This document shows positions 50,564 through 61,673 of a stretch of 64,000 bases of DNA, piece after piece. The notes beneath the pieces were generated by a model, which worked only from the letters and a program-made list of their open reading frames with translations, did no database searches and was not told the DNA's origin. Every line of letters begins with the position of its first letter. The first letter of the stretch is position 1. A program made the translations under genes and the position numbers. The DNA comes from a bacterium (lineage in GTDB: Bacteria; Patescibacteriota; Saccharimonadia; UBA4664): contig CP064960.1 of NCBI GenBank assembly GCA_016699105.1, positions 328,727-392,726 on the forward strand, read 5' to 3'.

Positions 50564-51322
50564 TTGAAGTGCCCTGGAAGGCGGCGCAGGCCGAAATCGA
50601 AGCCCGAAAAGAGCAGTACCCGGTTGGTCTGTATTACTGGCCGATCGAGTATGGAGACGGACGCGCTGCACGTGTCATACCGGTGCCCAGGGAGCACGAA
50701 ACGTATACGAGCCACTACGATTACGGCCGTGTACCTGCTCACTGGGCGGTGGTGGAGCGTGCAGGGAGTTACCGCACGAGTCGTTTGCCCGTGGGATGGT
50801 TCCGGCGGATTGGGACACTTATTTGTCGCCGGGCTTGCTCGAGCGTTTCTCGATTGTTCGGGGCGAGCTGAGTATGTGGCTGCCCTGCGATCCGAACTGA
50901 CTGACCTAGAGGATCGTGTTGTGGTTGCCGAGCGCGCGTCGGGTCCGAAGAGGGCGAAGCCAAAATTGCGGCTGGATGGCGTCGGAAACGGCGAGATCCA
51001 CTACATGGGGGTAAGCCTTCAAGTGACAGGTTTTCGTATCACAACGGGCAAGAAGGAAGGCTTCAGTTGGCCTGGCGACCCTGACGACCCAGAGTACACC
51101 GAGGTCACCTATAGCATCGAGCTGGGTGGCCATGAAGTCTCGGCCCTACCAGGTCCGGTGGTGGTGTTGGCGAGAGCCGCCGAGAAGAAGGAAGACGTGC
51201 GTGATAGCTGGGATATCTTGATATCTGAGCTCAGCCGGGGAGTACAACACGACCTTAGCTGGATGAGAAAGCGAGTTGTTGCGATTCACGCCGAGATCGA
51301 ACGCCAGGAGGCCTCAGAGTAG
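50564..51322 (+). CDS. hypothetical protein (frame ambiguous; alternative ORF 50569-50871)
   Basis: Two overlapping long ORFs in different frames. High GC makes ORF calls unreliable. Confidence 0.3.
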   Translation: MKCPGRRRRPKSKPEKSSTRLVCITGRSSMETDALHVSYRCPGSTKRIRATTITAVYLLTGRWWSVQGVTARVVCPWDGSGGLGHLFVAGLARAFLDCSGRAEYVAALRSELTDLEDRVVVAERASGPKRAKPKLRLDGVGNGEIHYMGVSLQVTGFRITTGKKEGFSWPGDPDDPEYTEVTYSIELGGHEVSALPGPVVVLARAAEKKEDVRDSWDILISELSRGVQHDLSWMRKRVVAIHAEIERQEASE

Positions 51323-51370
51323 GAATTCTGGGACAAAACGCGCATAAGGACCAGCTCGTGAGCTGGGCGT

Positions 51371-51528
51371 CAGGGGAGCGACTCCTCAAGACGTTGAACC
51401 ACGGTTAATACCCGTTGGTCACTGTCATCGTGACAACCAAAGGTTTGCCGGTTTCCGCCGCAAGGAAATAACCGGTGCAACTCGGCGGATGTGTATCCGC
51501 CCTGACGAGTCCGAAAGGACGAAAGTTG
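51371..51528 (+). ncRNA. ~158-nt structured repeat A, copy 3, ending in a canonical type-III hammerhead ribozyme (51477-51528)
   Basis: Hammerhead core identical to copy 2. 8 substitutions over ~157 nt between the copies. Confidence 0.65.
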
Positions 51529-51577
51529 TCAGCCAGTTGGTCCGGGAAACGCCCAGACCACGAGGCCCTGGAGGGTC

Positions 51578-51811
51578 ATGCTGCAGCTGGTTTCGATTCA
51601 TTGGGGTCCGCTCGACGAGCCCCACGAGGACGTCATCATTCACGATGGAGTCCCGGCGCGGCGACTTGCCGTGCCGAACTACTACGATGAAGGGCAGACG
51701 GTCGAGGAGTCGATCTTCTGCCCGAGCACAAGGTGGGCAGCAAGTTACATCGCTGCCCTCGTGGCGCGGGGCTATCCCGGCCGGAGCCACATGGCACGGA
51801 TCTTGAGATGA
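51578..51811 (+). CDS. small hypothetical protein (77 aa) after conserved leader
   Basis: The 'CCCUGGAGGGUCAUGC' leader is the only support. Confidence 0.35.
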   Translation: MLQLVSIHWGPLDEPHEDVIIHDGVPARRLAVPNYYDEGQTVEESIFCPSTRWAASYIAALVARGYPGRSHMARILR

Positions 51812-51912
51812 GGGCGTTTGGCCGCGCGCTGCCGAATTCTGACCGAGCGTCCCCAGTTAGGATAACTGCCAAACTCCTGATCTCGCAATTCGATTTTAAG
51901 GAGGGATGGGAA

Positions 51913-52044
51913 ATGTTTCTGACTGGACAGCCTGATGACTGTGGCTGCCCGGTTAGAGCAGGAGGTAGTCTCGGCCAGGATGAGCGAAACTGGAGCTTCG
52001 AGTGCCATCTTTGCGGAGCAAGTGGTGTCGCGTACGGGTTTTAG
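51913..52044 (+). CDS. Cys-rich small protein (43 aa, CxC...CxxC zinc-ribbon-like)
   Basis: AAGGAGGGA RBS 6 nt upstream; 'DCGCPV...ECHLCG'. Confidence 0.35.
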   Translation: MFLTGQPDDCGCPVRAGGSLGQDERNWSFECHLCGASGVAYGF

Positions 52045-52216
52045 ATATCCGTATGACGCCCAGGCTTTTCTGGAGACCCATCCCGAGGCTCAGCGAATGT
52101 AGTAGAGCTGGCCGCACCAGGAATCCGGCTGCACTACCTCCCGGAGGTGCAGTACCAGACCAATACGCCGGAAAGCGTTGAATTTTCCGGAAGTGCCAAA
52201 GGAACCCGTCAAGGAA

Positions 52217-52360
52217 TGGGTGGCGCAAAATCGTTCTACGGTAAAGGGAGTCGCCTAAGAGCTCCCACCTAACCCGAAGGCTTCATACCTTCTGCATTCT
52301 GACTGCTTTATGAAATATCAGCGAGCAGTTGGAGTGATGGAGCCTTCAGGTTTGGTTGAC
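52217..52360 (+). repeat. repeat B copy 3 at right edge of the high-GC island
   Basis: Near-identical to copy 2 over ~85 nt. GC drops to host level immediately downstream. Confidence 0.55.
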
Positions 52361-52435
52361 CAAAATCAGATTGATTGTTCGCAGCCAAAATTGATACTAT
52401 TGGCGAACTTGTAACTACGACAATATCTACTTAAG

Positions 52436-53875
52436 TTGCCAGACGGCGCCGAGGAGCCTACCATAGAACTAGACGTTTGCGGGGGTATTTTGGCCGATTT
52501 GACCGAAAAATGTGGCGTTTTTGGCGCTGTTACTGAGCATAGTTATACCGCTCGGGTGACGTATTATGGGCTGTGGGCACTGCAGCACCGCGGCCAAGAG
52601 GGCAGTGGTATCGCTAGTTGGGATGGCCAGCGCATGCACTCTCGTGTGGGCGCGGGACTGGTGGCGCACGTGTATGATCCAGGAGATCTCGAGCGGCTTG
52701 ATGGGTGCATAGCTATTGGCCACAATCGATATTCGACATCTGGTGCCGATGGCGGGGCACATGCTCAGCCGGTAATTGACCGAGATTTAGATCTGGCTTT
52801 CGCACATAATGGTAATTTGCCTTCTACTAAGGCGCTGGAAGCGTTTTTGCGCAAACACCATATCAATCCACGCCCATTGAATGATTCCGAAATGATGACA
52901 CGGGCAATTGGTGTGTATTTGCGTGACGGGATGAGTCTTGAAGATGCAGTTGTGGCGGCATGGCCGTTGTTTACTGGCGCTTTTTCGTGCGTGGTCATGC
53001 AAGAAGGTCATTTGGTGGCATTTCGAGATGAGTGCGGGATTCGGCCATTGGCTCTGGGAAAACTTGAGGATGGTTACTGTGTATCGAGTGAATCGTGTGC
53101 CTTTGATACAGTGGGCGCCGCTTTTTGCGCGAAGTGAAGCCTGGAGAACTTTGTCAGTCTGACGGCTGAAAAGTGACGGCACGCCAAGTGGTGACGGCTC
53201 GACCCAAATTGGATGTGTTTGAGTTGGTCTATTTTGCCCGCCCTGATAGTTTGATCGCTGGCCGCAAAGTTAATGAAGTCCGGCGGGAAATGGGCAGACA
53301 GTTGGCTCGAGAATTTCCAGTTGTCGCTGATGTTGTCATACCAGTGCCCGATTCGGGGATTCCGATGGCCCTAGGATACAGTGAGCAGAGTGGGGTGCGA
53401 TTTGATCATGGTTTTATCAAAAACCGCTATATTCACCGGACGTTTATTAAAGCCGACACAAGTAATGCGGAGCGGGATGTGCGAGTAAAGCTCAATCCCG
53501 TGCCGGAAGTAGTCATGGGTAAAAGCGTGGTGGTAATCGATGATTCCATAGTGCGAGGAACCACAACCGGGCAAATCGTTGGCATGCTGTATGGAGCCGG
53601 TGCTCAGTGTTCATGTTCTGGTGAGTTCGCCGCCGGTTTTGTACCCAGACTTTTATGGAATCAACACGCCGAGCCAGACAGAATTGATAGCCGCCAATCG
53701 CAGCGTTGAAGAAATTCGGGAGCATATCGGTGCGGATAGCTTGGGCTACCTGTCGGTGACTGGTATGGTAAAAGCAACCGGATTGGCACGTCAAAAGTTG
53801 AACCTGTCGTGTTTACTGGTGAATATCCGATTGATATCGGTGAGCGGGCGCTCACTATTCAAAAAGTTTTACTAG
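52436..53875 (+). CDS. purF: amidophosphoribosyltransferase PurF, at least three apparent frameshifts
   Basis: 'CGVFGAV' N-terminal nucleophile region, 'IGHNRYSTSG', PRTase motif 'VVVIDDSIVRGTT'. Four collinear ORF pieces; start uncertain. Confidence 0.8.
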
Positions 53876-53940
53876 ACAAGAAGCCGGTACTCGTCTAGAA
53901 TGGCTCGTTACGCTATGATAGACAAAGGAAATTTATAGAT

Positions 53941-54838
53941 ATGAAATTACGACAAATCATTGGAATCGCAGTCATCATTTTAATGGCTGCGGGAGGCGTG
54001 GCCTTGGTGCGGTCGCAGCCAGCGGGTGCACCAGAAAATAGATTGAAGGTAGCGGCCAGCTATTATCCGTTTTATGAAGTTGCCGCTAGAGTAGGCGGCG
54101 ATCATGTGGTCGTATCCAACCTAACGCCTGCAGGAGCGGAACCCATGATTTCGAACCATCAGCCCAAGATCTAGCTGGGGCTCAAGATTCGGCGGTTTTT
54201 GTATATAATGGTGTCGGCTTTGAACCATGGGTAGAAGGATTCGTTCGTGATTACAAAGGTGCTGCCGTTAAGGGTAGTGACAAGATAGAGCTGCGGACTT
54301 CGGCTGAGGGCGTGGTTGATCCTCACTATTGGCTCGATCCGGTCTTGATGCAGCAGGTAGTTGATACGGTCAGAGAAGCTTTGGCCAAGGCCGATCCCGC
54401 CAACGCTGGTTACTACCAGACAAAAGCAGATGAGTATAAGGGCAGTTGGACGATCTCGATAATCGTATGGGTTTGAGCTTGGCACGCTGTCAAACCAGCG
54501 TTATTGTGACAAATCATGCGGCATTCAATTATTTGGCGTACCGCTATGGGTTAACGAGTCAGGCAATTACCGGCTTATCGCCAGAAGCCGAGGCTAGTCC
54601 AGAGCAGCTGGCAGCACTATCGACGCTCGTAAAAGAACAAGGCATCAAATATGTCTTTATGGAAAAATTAGCATCACCCAAATTGGCTGAAACATTAGCT
54701 CAAGAAGCAGGAGTTCAAGTAGGTGTGCTTGATCCCATTGAAGGCTTAACGACTGCGGATATAGCCGCCGGAAAGGATTACTCGAGTGTCCAAAAAGAAA
54801 ATTTGGCAGCCCTCCAACGAGCCCTTACATGCCGGTAA
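53941..54838 (+). CDS. znuA: metal (Zn/Mn) ABC transporter substrate-binding protein, TroA/ZnuA family, apparent frameshifts
   Basis: Signal peptide, 'VAASYYPFYEVA', then '...HDFEPSAQDLAGA...VVDPHYWLDP' in shifted frames. Confidence 0.7.
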
Positions 54839-55529
54839 GCAACAACTGCTGCTAGACCTTGATGATGTGACAGTTGAATTGGGTGGTCAAAAGGTCTTGG
54901 CCGACATAAATTTGTGTATTCATCGCGGTGAATTTATTGGGCTCATTGGCCCCAATGGGGCAGGCAAAACGACTCTCTTGCGAGTGATGCTGGGCTTGCT
55001 TCAGCCAAGCAAAGGTCGAGTCGATTTTGCGGATAGCACCAAGGTGGCGTATGTGCCACAGCGTGGAGCGGCCATGGGAGGAGCGGTGCCGGTAAGCGTG
55101 TCAGAAGTTGTAAGTATGGGAAGTACTGATCGAGAGGCGGTGTCACAGGCGCTAGCCGATGTTGATTTGAGTGAGCTGGCGACTAAGCGGTTTGGTGAGC
55201 TGAGCGGTGGCCAACAGCAGCGGGTGCTGATCGCGCGGGCGCTAGCTGGTCAGGCGCACATGCTGATACTCGACGAACCAACAACCGGTATCGATGATGC
55301 TACTGAAATAGATTTCTTTAATATTCTGAAACGGCTCAAGAAACTGGGCGTTACGATCTTGATGGTATCGCATGATCTAGAAGCGGTACTTGAGGAGGCT
55401 GGCAGAGTAATTTGTCTGAATAGGCGAGTGCTGTACGATGGTTTGCCGCAGCAATTTGAAGTCAGCAGTATTGGCCCGATATGTATGCGGCCAAGCATCG
55501 GCAGTTGCATCATCAACATCCGGAGGTAG
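54786..55529 (+). CDS. znuC: metal ABC transporter ATP-binding protein (ZnuC-like); start uncertain
   Basis: Walker A 'GPNGAGKTT', 'LSGGQQQRVLIARAL', Walker B 'LILDEPTTGID'. Confidence 0.8.
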   Translation: MSKKKIWQPSNEPLHAGKQQLLLDLDDVTVELGGQKVLADINLCIHRGEFIGLIGPNGAGKTTLLRVMLGLLQPSKGRVDFADSTKVAYVPQRGAAMGGAVPVSVSEVVSMGSTDREAVSQALADVDLSELATKRFGELSGGQQQRVLIARALAGQAHMLILDEPTTGIDDATEIDFFNILKRLKKLGVTILMVSHDLEAVLEEAGRVICLNRRVLYDGLPQQFEVSSIGPICMRPSIGSCIINIRR

Positions 55530-55532
55530 CGG

Positions 55533-56327
55533 GTGTTTGAGTTATTTCAATATGAATTTATGGTACGGGCCATGGTGGCAGGAATCCTGGCTGCAGTAAT
55601 GTTGCCGGTACTCGGTAGTTTTCTGGTGGCACGGCGGTATTCGCTGATGGCCGATAGTTTGGCCCATGTTAGTTTAGCAGGTATAGGTTTGGGTTTACTG
55701 GTAGGTTCATCGCCAATTTTGTGGGCGGTGCCCGTAGCTATCGCCGGCGGGATAATGCTAGAACACTTGCGGCAAAGCGGCCGGCTGAGTGGTGAAAATG
55801 GATTAGCTGTTCTCATGAGCGGAGGTTTGGCGATAGCCGTCGTTTTGGCTGGATTGGCGCAAAACCAATCAGTGAATTTTGCGAGTTATCTATTTGGGAG
55901 TATCACCACGACGACGTGGTCGGATGTATTGTTGCTGAGTGGACTGGCGGTAATTATTTTGGGAGTGGTTGGTTTTAATTATCGGCAACTGGTTCATATG
56001 GTGTTTGATGAAGACGGCGCCCGCATCATGGGTTATCGTGTACAGTTTTTGAACTATCTATTGGTGAGCTTGGCTGCCGTGGCGGTTGTTTTGGCCATGC
56101 GCGTGGTCGGTGGATTACTGATCGGCGCGTTGCTGGTGATTCCAGTGCTAGCTGCCAGTCAATTAGCGCGTAGTTTTCGGGGCACTATCTGGTGGTCGGT
56201 GGTTCTGGGTGTACTGGCGGTTCTAGGAGGCTTGGCGGTGGCGTTTTATGCCGGGCTGGCGGCCGGCGGTGCCATAGTACTAGCCGCATTGGTGCTATTT
56301 GGCTTAGCTCTTCTGTTACGACCCTAG
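55533..56327 (+). CDS. znuB: metal ABC transporter permease (ZnuB-like)
   Basis: Multi-TM protein directly downstream of znuC. Confidence 0.75.
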   Translation: MFELFQYEFMVRAMVAGILAAVMLPVLGSFLVARRYSLMADSLAHVSLAGIGLGLLVGSSPILWAVPVAIAGGIMLEHLRQSGRLSGENGLAVLMSGGLAIAVVLAGLAQNQSVNFASYLFGSITTTTWSDVLLLSGLAVIILGVVGFNYRQLVHMVFDEDGARIMGYRVQFLNYLLVSLAAVAVVLAMRVVGGLLIGALLVIPVLAASQLARSFRGTIWWSVVLGVLAVLGGLAVAFYAGLAAGGAIVLAALVLFGLALLLRP

Positions 56328-56345
56328 CACGTATCAGGTATACTA

Positions 56346-59207
56346 GTGGGTATGAAGACACCCAAGCGACCAATTTTAGTACTGGTAGATGGTTCGGCGG
56401 TATTCCACCGGGGCTTTCATGCCATTCCGCATCTTTCGAACAGTGCAGGTGAGCCGACCAATGCCATTTATGGCTTTGTGACGATTTTGCTCAAGGTTTT
56501 GGCTGATCTCCAACCGGCCTACATGATCGTGGCCTGGGATAAGTCGAGTAAAACATTTCGCAAAGACATGTATCCCGAGTACAAAGCGACCAGAACTGCT
56601 ATGCCGCCTGAGTTGCGGGCTCAAATTGAGCCGACCAAAGAATTGGTACAGACGTTGCGCTTGCCGTTCATAGAAGTTGAGAATTATGAGGCTGACGACA
56701 TCATTGGCACCTTGGCGCGCAAAGCTGAAGCAACTGGTGAATTAGACGTAGTAATTGCTACGGGTGATCGGGATCAGCTTCAGTTGATTGATGAGCACAC
56801 AGTAGTCGACTTGTTTAATCCCCGTGGTTTGGAGCCGACTCGATACGATTTGGCTAAAATGATTGATAAATATGGCCTGACTCCAACACAATTCATTGAT
56901 TACAAAGCGATTGTCGGTGACTCAAGTGATAACATTCCCGGTGTGAAGGGGATAGGCGATAAGGGTGCCCAGAAATTGTTGGCTGACTACAAAACTTTGG
57001 AGGGCGTTTACCAACATGCCGACGAAGTGGCGGGCAAAATGGGTGAGTATTTGCGGTCGAGTAAAGACATCGCTTTTTTGAGTCGGCAGCTGTCAGAAAT
57101 CGTTTGTGACATGCCGATTGAACTCGACTTAGATGCAGCTAAGGTGGGTCAATATGACCAAGAAGAAGTGCACAAGTTATTTGCTCGTTTTGACTTTCGT
57201 AGCTCTCTATTAAGTAAACTTAATGATGCTCATAATGGTGAAAAAGCGCAACTTCAAGCGGTGCAAAAGGATATTGAAACGACCAAAACAGAAGTAAAGA
57301 CAGGTGTGAGTGGACAAGCACAGAGCTTGTTTTCTGGGGTGACGTTGGGCGGTCAAACTGACACTGAGAAGCCGCGCCGGGACCACTTACAAAAAGCGGA
57401 TTATCAAATGATCAGTACGCCAAAAGAACTTCAAAAACTCATGGAACAAGTCCGGCAGCAAAAGGTAATCGCCATCGATACGGAAACAACTTCGGTGGAT
57501 GTGACTGTCGCCAAGCTTGTTGGGGTGAGCTTGTGCTGGCAGAGTGGGGTGGCCTATTACATTCCGGTTGGTCATACGGCCGGTGATCAGTTGAGTTGGC
57601 AGGAGGTCAAAGAGCAGCTTTTATCTGAACTTGAGCGAGCTGATCTGGTCAAAGTCGGACACAATATCAAATACGACTATCAAGTGTTACGGAGGCATGG
57701 TGTAACGCTGGGTCCCATCGGATTTGATACGATGGTTGCCAACTTTTTGCTCAACCCCTTGGGTAGGGCTCAATCACTTGATGATTTGGCCTTCCGCGAG
57801 TTGGCTGTAGATATGATTCCCATTACTGAGCTGATAGGTACGGGCAAAAACCAGACATCATTTGCTGATGTGCCGGTAGCGGAAGCTACGACGTATGCCG
57901 CCGAAGATGCCGATATGACGTGGCGGTTGTACGAAATATTGTCTGAGCGGTTAGCCAAAAAAACCGACAAAACACCGCAAGGGTGGAGTATGAAGCGACT
58001 GGCCGATGACATTGAGTGGCCGATTATACCAGTACTGGGAGAAATGGAACTGGATGGCATATTACTCGATACCAAGGTATTGCAAACATATGGCAAAAAG
58101 TTAGATGAGCGCTTAGCACAGCTGAAACAACAGATATTCGATCTTGCTGGTGAAGAGTTTAATCTGAACAGTCCAGCACAACTGGGACAGATATTGTATG
58201 GCCGGTTAGGCTTGTCGTCGGCTGGACTAAAAAAGGGCAAAAATGGCGGTTTTACAACGGCTGTAGACGCTCTCGAGAAGCTGCGAGATGCGCATCCGAT
58301 GATACCGTTGCTGATGGAATTTCGGGAGCTAGATAAGCTGACCAATACGTACGTGAAGGCTCTGCCTGAAATGGTACGTGAAGATGGACGGATTCACACC
58401 AGTTTTAGTCAGGTAATTGCCCAAACCGGACGGTTGTCGAGCTCAAATCCAAACTTGCAGAATATTCCCGTTCGCACCGATGCTGGCCGGGAAATTCGAC
58501 GAAGCTTTGTAGCAAGCAGTGGGCATAAATTGGTAACGGCCGATTATTCCCAGATAGAGCTACGCGTGGCAGCGGCTTTGGCTAATGACGCTGAGATGAT
58601 CAAAACTTTTCGGGAAGGAGCCGACCTTCATCAGCAGACGGCGGCCCTGTTATACGGCGTGGCGATGGATGCCGTGACTAAAAATATGCGTAACGCTGCT
58701 AAAACCATCAACTTTGGTGTGCTGTACGGGATGAGTGCTCATGGACTCAGTGTGGCGACAGGTATGGATGGTAAAGAGGCAGTGGCTTTCATTGAAAAGT
58801 ACTTCGAAGTGCGGCCAAAGCTACGCCAGTACATTGCTGACATCAAGACGTTTGCTTACCAGAATGACTTCACTGAAACGATGTTTGGCCGGAGACGACC
58901 CTGTCCCGAGGTGCACTCGAGTAACTTTAATATTAGGTCGGGAGCGGAGCGGGTGGCTGTGAATGTACCAATCCAAGGTACAGCGGCTGATATCTATAAA
59001 TTAGCTATGATTGAACTAGCGGGTAGACTTGATAACGATTGCCGCTTGTTGCTACAGATTCACGATGAGCTTATCGTTGAAACACCGACGGCCAAGGCTG
59101 AAGCAGTGGCCGCATTGATGCGTGAGGTGATGGAAGGCGTGATCGACATTGGAGTACCATTAGCGGTAGATACAGCAATTGGCGATAACTGGGGAGAGCT
59201 GAAATGA
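56346..59207 (+). CDS. polA: DNA polymerase I
   Basis: 5'-3' exonuclease N-terminus, 3'-5' exo 'DTETT', polymerase motifs 'DYSQIELR' and 'QIHDEL'; 953 aa. Confidence 0.92.
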   Translation: MGMKTPKRPILVLVDGSAVFHRGFHAIPHLSNSAGEPTNAIYGFVTILLKVLADLQPAYMIVAWDKSSKTFRKDMYPEYKATRTAMPPELRAQIEPTKELVQTLRLPFIEVENYEADDIIGTLARKAEATGELDVVIATGDRDQLQLIDEHTVVDLFNPRGLEPTRYDLAKMIDKYGLTPTQFIDYKAIVGDSSDNIPGVKGIGDKGAQKLLADYKTLEGVYQHADEVAGKMGEYLRSSKDIAFLSRQLSEIVCDMPIELDLDAAKVGQYDQEEVHKLFARFDFRSSLLSKLNDAHNGEKAQLQAVQKDIETTKTEVKTGVSGQAQSLFSGVTLGGQTDTEKPRRDHLQKADYQMISTPKELQKLMEQVRQQKVIAIDTETTSVDVTVAKLVGVSLCWQSGVAYYIPVGHTAGDQLSWQEVKEQLLSELERADLVKVGHNIKYDYQVLRRHGVTLGPIGFDTMVANFLLNPLGRAQSLDDLAFRELAVDMIPITELIGTGKNQTSFADVPVAEATTYAAEDADMTWRLYEILSERLAKKTDKTPQGWSMKRLADDIEWPIIPVLGEMELDGILLDTKVLQTYGKKLDERLAQLKQQIFDLAGEEFNLNSPAQLGQILYGRLGLSSAGLKKGKNGGFTTAVDALEKLRDAHPMIPLLMEFRELDKLTNTYVKALPEMVREDGRIHTSFSQVIAQTGRLSSSNPNLQNIPVRTDAGREIRRSFVASSGHKLVTADYSQIELRVAAALANDAEMIKTFREGADLHQQTAALLYGVAMDAVTKNMRNAAKTINFGVLYGMSAHGLSVATGMDGKEAVAFIEKYFEVRPKLRQYIADIKTFAYQNDFTETMFGRRRPCPEVHSSNFNIRSGAERVAVNVPIQGTAADIYKLAMIELAGRLDNDCRLLLQIHDELIVETPTAKAEAVAALMREVMEGVIDIGVPLAVDTAIGDNWGELK

Positions 59208-59311
59208 GCGAGCATATGCTGAACCGACCGGATGGTGCTGGGCGAGATGGGGGCATATACCGGAAGCTATTCAGGAATTTGTAAAAAATTGATCCACTAG
59301 CTGTACCAGAA

Positions 59312-59797
59312 TTGAGCCATCAACTGAGGGTTCAAGCAGCGCCAGATATTCTCGAATGGGAACGAGATATGCAGTCGCCAGAGCAAGAATCGATTAACCC
59401 TGAAAATATAGCTGCAGAAATCGAAAAGACAGTAAATGAATTAACTGCAGTACTGAACAAATTCTTCGATTCGAGTAGTCGAGTTCAATCAGAGGAATCA
59501 GGCGGAATTATTTCGCAACAGGTTGAATTAGAGTCGGTTTCTGATGGATTGGGTGACATTTCTAAATTAGATGATTCAAAGGTGCTCATTAGTCGTTCAT
59601 TCGAGCAATCGAACAAGAGAGAAATGGATAAAGATTGTTTCTACACCATTGAACTGATTGAAGATAATGATCACACACTTATATTTCTTGAATCAGAAGA
59701 CCTCGTAATCCATCAGTGGTATATGCGCAAAGGGAAAAAGCTGGTGCTTCTACGCGGGCGTCAGGACCGGAAGACGTTTATATGTTGCAGAGATTAA
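59312..59797 (+). CDS. acidic hypothetical protein
   Basis: 161-aa ORF with no recognisable motifs. Confidence 0.4.
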   Translation: MSHQLRVQAAPDILEWERDMQSPEQESINPENIAAEIEKTVNELTAVLNKFFDSSSRVQSEESGGIISQQVELESVSDGLGDISKLDDSKVLISRSFEQSNKREMDKDCFYTIELIEDNDHTLIFLESEDLVIHQWYMRKGKKLVLLRGRQDRKTFICCRD

Positions 59798-59845
59798 CTA
59801 ATGTTGTACGCGATCTCGATTCAGTCAGACCATTGAAAGACCCCG

Positions 59846-60732
59846 ATGCCTGAAGGGCCTGAGGTCGAGACAATCAGGCGGGGGCTGACCGATACGCTGA
59901 TAGGCCAGCAATTGGTGGCGGTCGAAGTGCTGTGGATGGGCAGTTGGCGGTCGGCAGACGGGTCGGTGGCATCGATTTCGACTACTGAGGCGTTGGTGGG
60001 CGCACGAGTGCGGGTGGTCGAGCGGCGAGCGAAGGTACTGCTTATTGAGTTTGATTTGGATCAGACGCTGATGGTTCATCTGAAAATGACGGGTCAAATG
60101 GTATTGGTGCAAGCAAGTGGCCACAGGCTGGCTGGCGGTCATCCAACGAGCAGTATGGCCGACCAGTTGCCCGATAAAAGTACCCGGATCGTTTTCATTT
60201 TGCCAGTGGTGACAGTTTGTACTTCAATGATCAGCGTAAATTTGGTTGGGTGAAATTGGTACCGTCACCAGATGTAATGGCCGATACATTGGTAGCCAAA
60301 CTGGGACCCGAGGTAGATACGTCTGAATTTTCGGTGGACTATTTGCAGACGCAGTTGACCAGGCGCAAGAAATCGCCGGTCAAAGCGGTGATACTTGATC
60401 AAACAGTTTTGAGTGGAATAGGTAATATCTATGCCGATGAATCGTTACATTTGGCGAAAATTCACCCTGAACGTCGGGCGGGTACATTATTGCCGGTAGA
60501 GACTAAGCGGTTGCATGCGGCGGTCAAAACGATCATGGCAGCGGGTATTACTCACGGTGGTACCAGTTTCTCCCGCTATGTGAATGCGCTCGGTGGCACT
60601 GGTGACTATTTGGACCAAGCCCGGGTGTTTCGACGTCAAGGACTGACGTGTGGTGTCTGTGGCAGTGTAATTATAAAAACGCGGGTATCTGGACGCGGTA
60701 CGCATCTGTGCCCGAAGAGTCAGTTGCTATGA
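59846..60732 (+). CDS. fpg: formamidopyrimidine-DNA glycosylase Fpg/MutM, apparent frameshift near 60230
   Basis: 'MPEGPEVET' N-terminus, 'YFNDQRKFGW', C-terminal zinc finger 'CGVCGSVI...LCPKSQ'. Confidence 0.8.
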
Positions 60733-61673
60733 CGATATTTCTCTATGGGAGCGGACAATATGAGCTGCGACGCAACGTGGCTCAGATGACGGCGGCTTAT
60801 ATCAAGAAAAACGGATCCGATATGGGTATCGAGCGCGTAGACGGGTCGGTTGCAAAATTTGATCAATTGGCTGGTGATCTGGCAGCAGTGCCATTTTTGG
60901 CATCCAGCAGGCTGGTGATTATTGATGACGTGTTGACCAATAAAGTAGTCGCCGAAAAGATAGCTGACTTGCTAGCGCTTATTCCCAAGACGACTGTGGC
61001 GCTATTCGTGGAGCGAACCGTGGACGGTCGGACAAGCGCATTCAAGACACTCAAAACAGCCGATAAAGTAGTGAAGTTTGATCCGGTAACGGGTCCGAAG
61101 CTCGTGAATTGGATTAAAGCGGAAGTGCAGATGCTCGGCGGCACCATAGACCATACGGTTGCCAAGATGTTGGCAGACCGGGCTAAGGAGGATCAGTGGC
61201 GGTTGGTGGGGGAGATCGCCAAGCTGGTTACCTATGATCCGACTGTGACAGCTGAGACTGTTGAACAGCTAGTGGCACCAACGATTGAGCGAACTGTATT
61301 TGAGTTGATTGAAGCAGTGGCGGTTGGTCGTGTAGCTGTGGCCATGGAAGCACTTGAGGCATTACGGGCAGCCCGGGAAAGCGATGTGTATGTGCTTAAT
61401 ATGATTCAGTGGCAGTTGCGTAATTTGCTATTGGTAAAGCTGGCACCACCTGCCATGAGTCCAGCTGATGTTGCACAGGCGACGGGTATAAACAGTTTTG
61501 TGGCTAGTAAGGCGGCTGCTATCGTGGTTCGGTTGCCGGAAGCTGGATTAAAGCGGGCGTTTACCGAAAGCGTCGCGGCTGAATATCTGATCAAATCGGG
61601 CAGCCGGCCAGCTGATGTGGCAGTAGAACTATTAATTATCAAGATAGCCGAGTTGGTTAAACCAGCTCAATAA
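60732..61673 (+). CDS. holA: DNA polymerase III delta subunit HolA
   Basis: 'IFLYGSGQYELRRNV...' typical delta N-terminus, ~313 aa. Confidence 0.65.
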   Translation, partial: TIFLYGSGQYELRRNVAQMTAAYIKKNGSDMGIERVDGSVAKFDQLAGDLAAVPFLASSRLVIIDDVLTNKVVAEKIADLLALIPKTTVALFVERTVDGRTSAFKTLKTADKVVKFDPVTGPKLVNWIKAEVQMLGGTIDHTVAKMLADRAKEDQWRLVGEIAKLVTYDPTVTAETVEQLVAPTIERTVFELIEAVAVGRVAVAMEALEALRAARESDVYVLNMIQWQLRNLLLVKLAPPAMSPADVAQATGINSFVASKAAAIVVRLPEAGLKRAFTESVAAEYLIKSGSRPADVAVELLIIKIAELVKPAQ

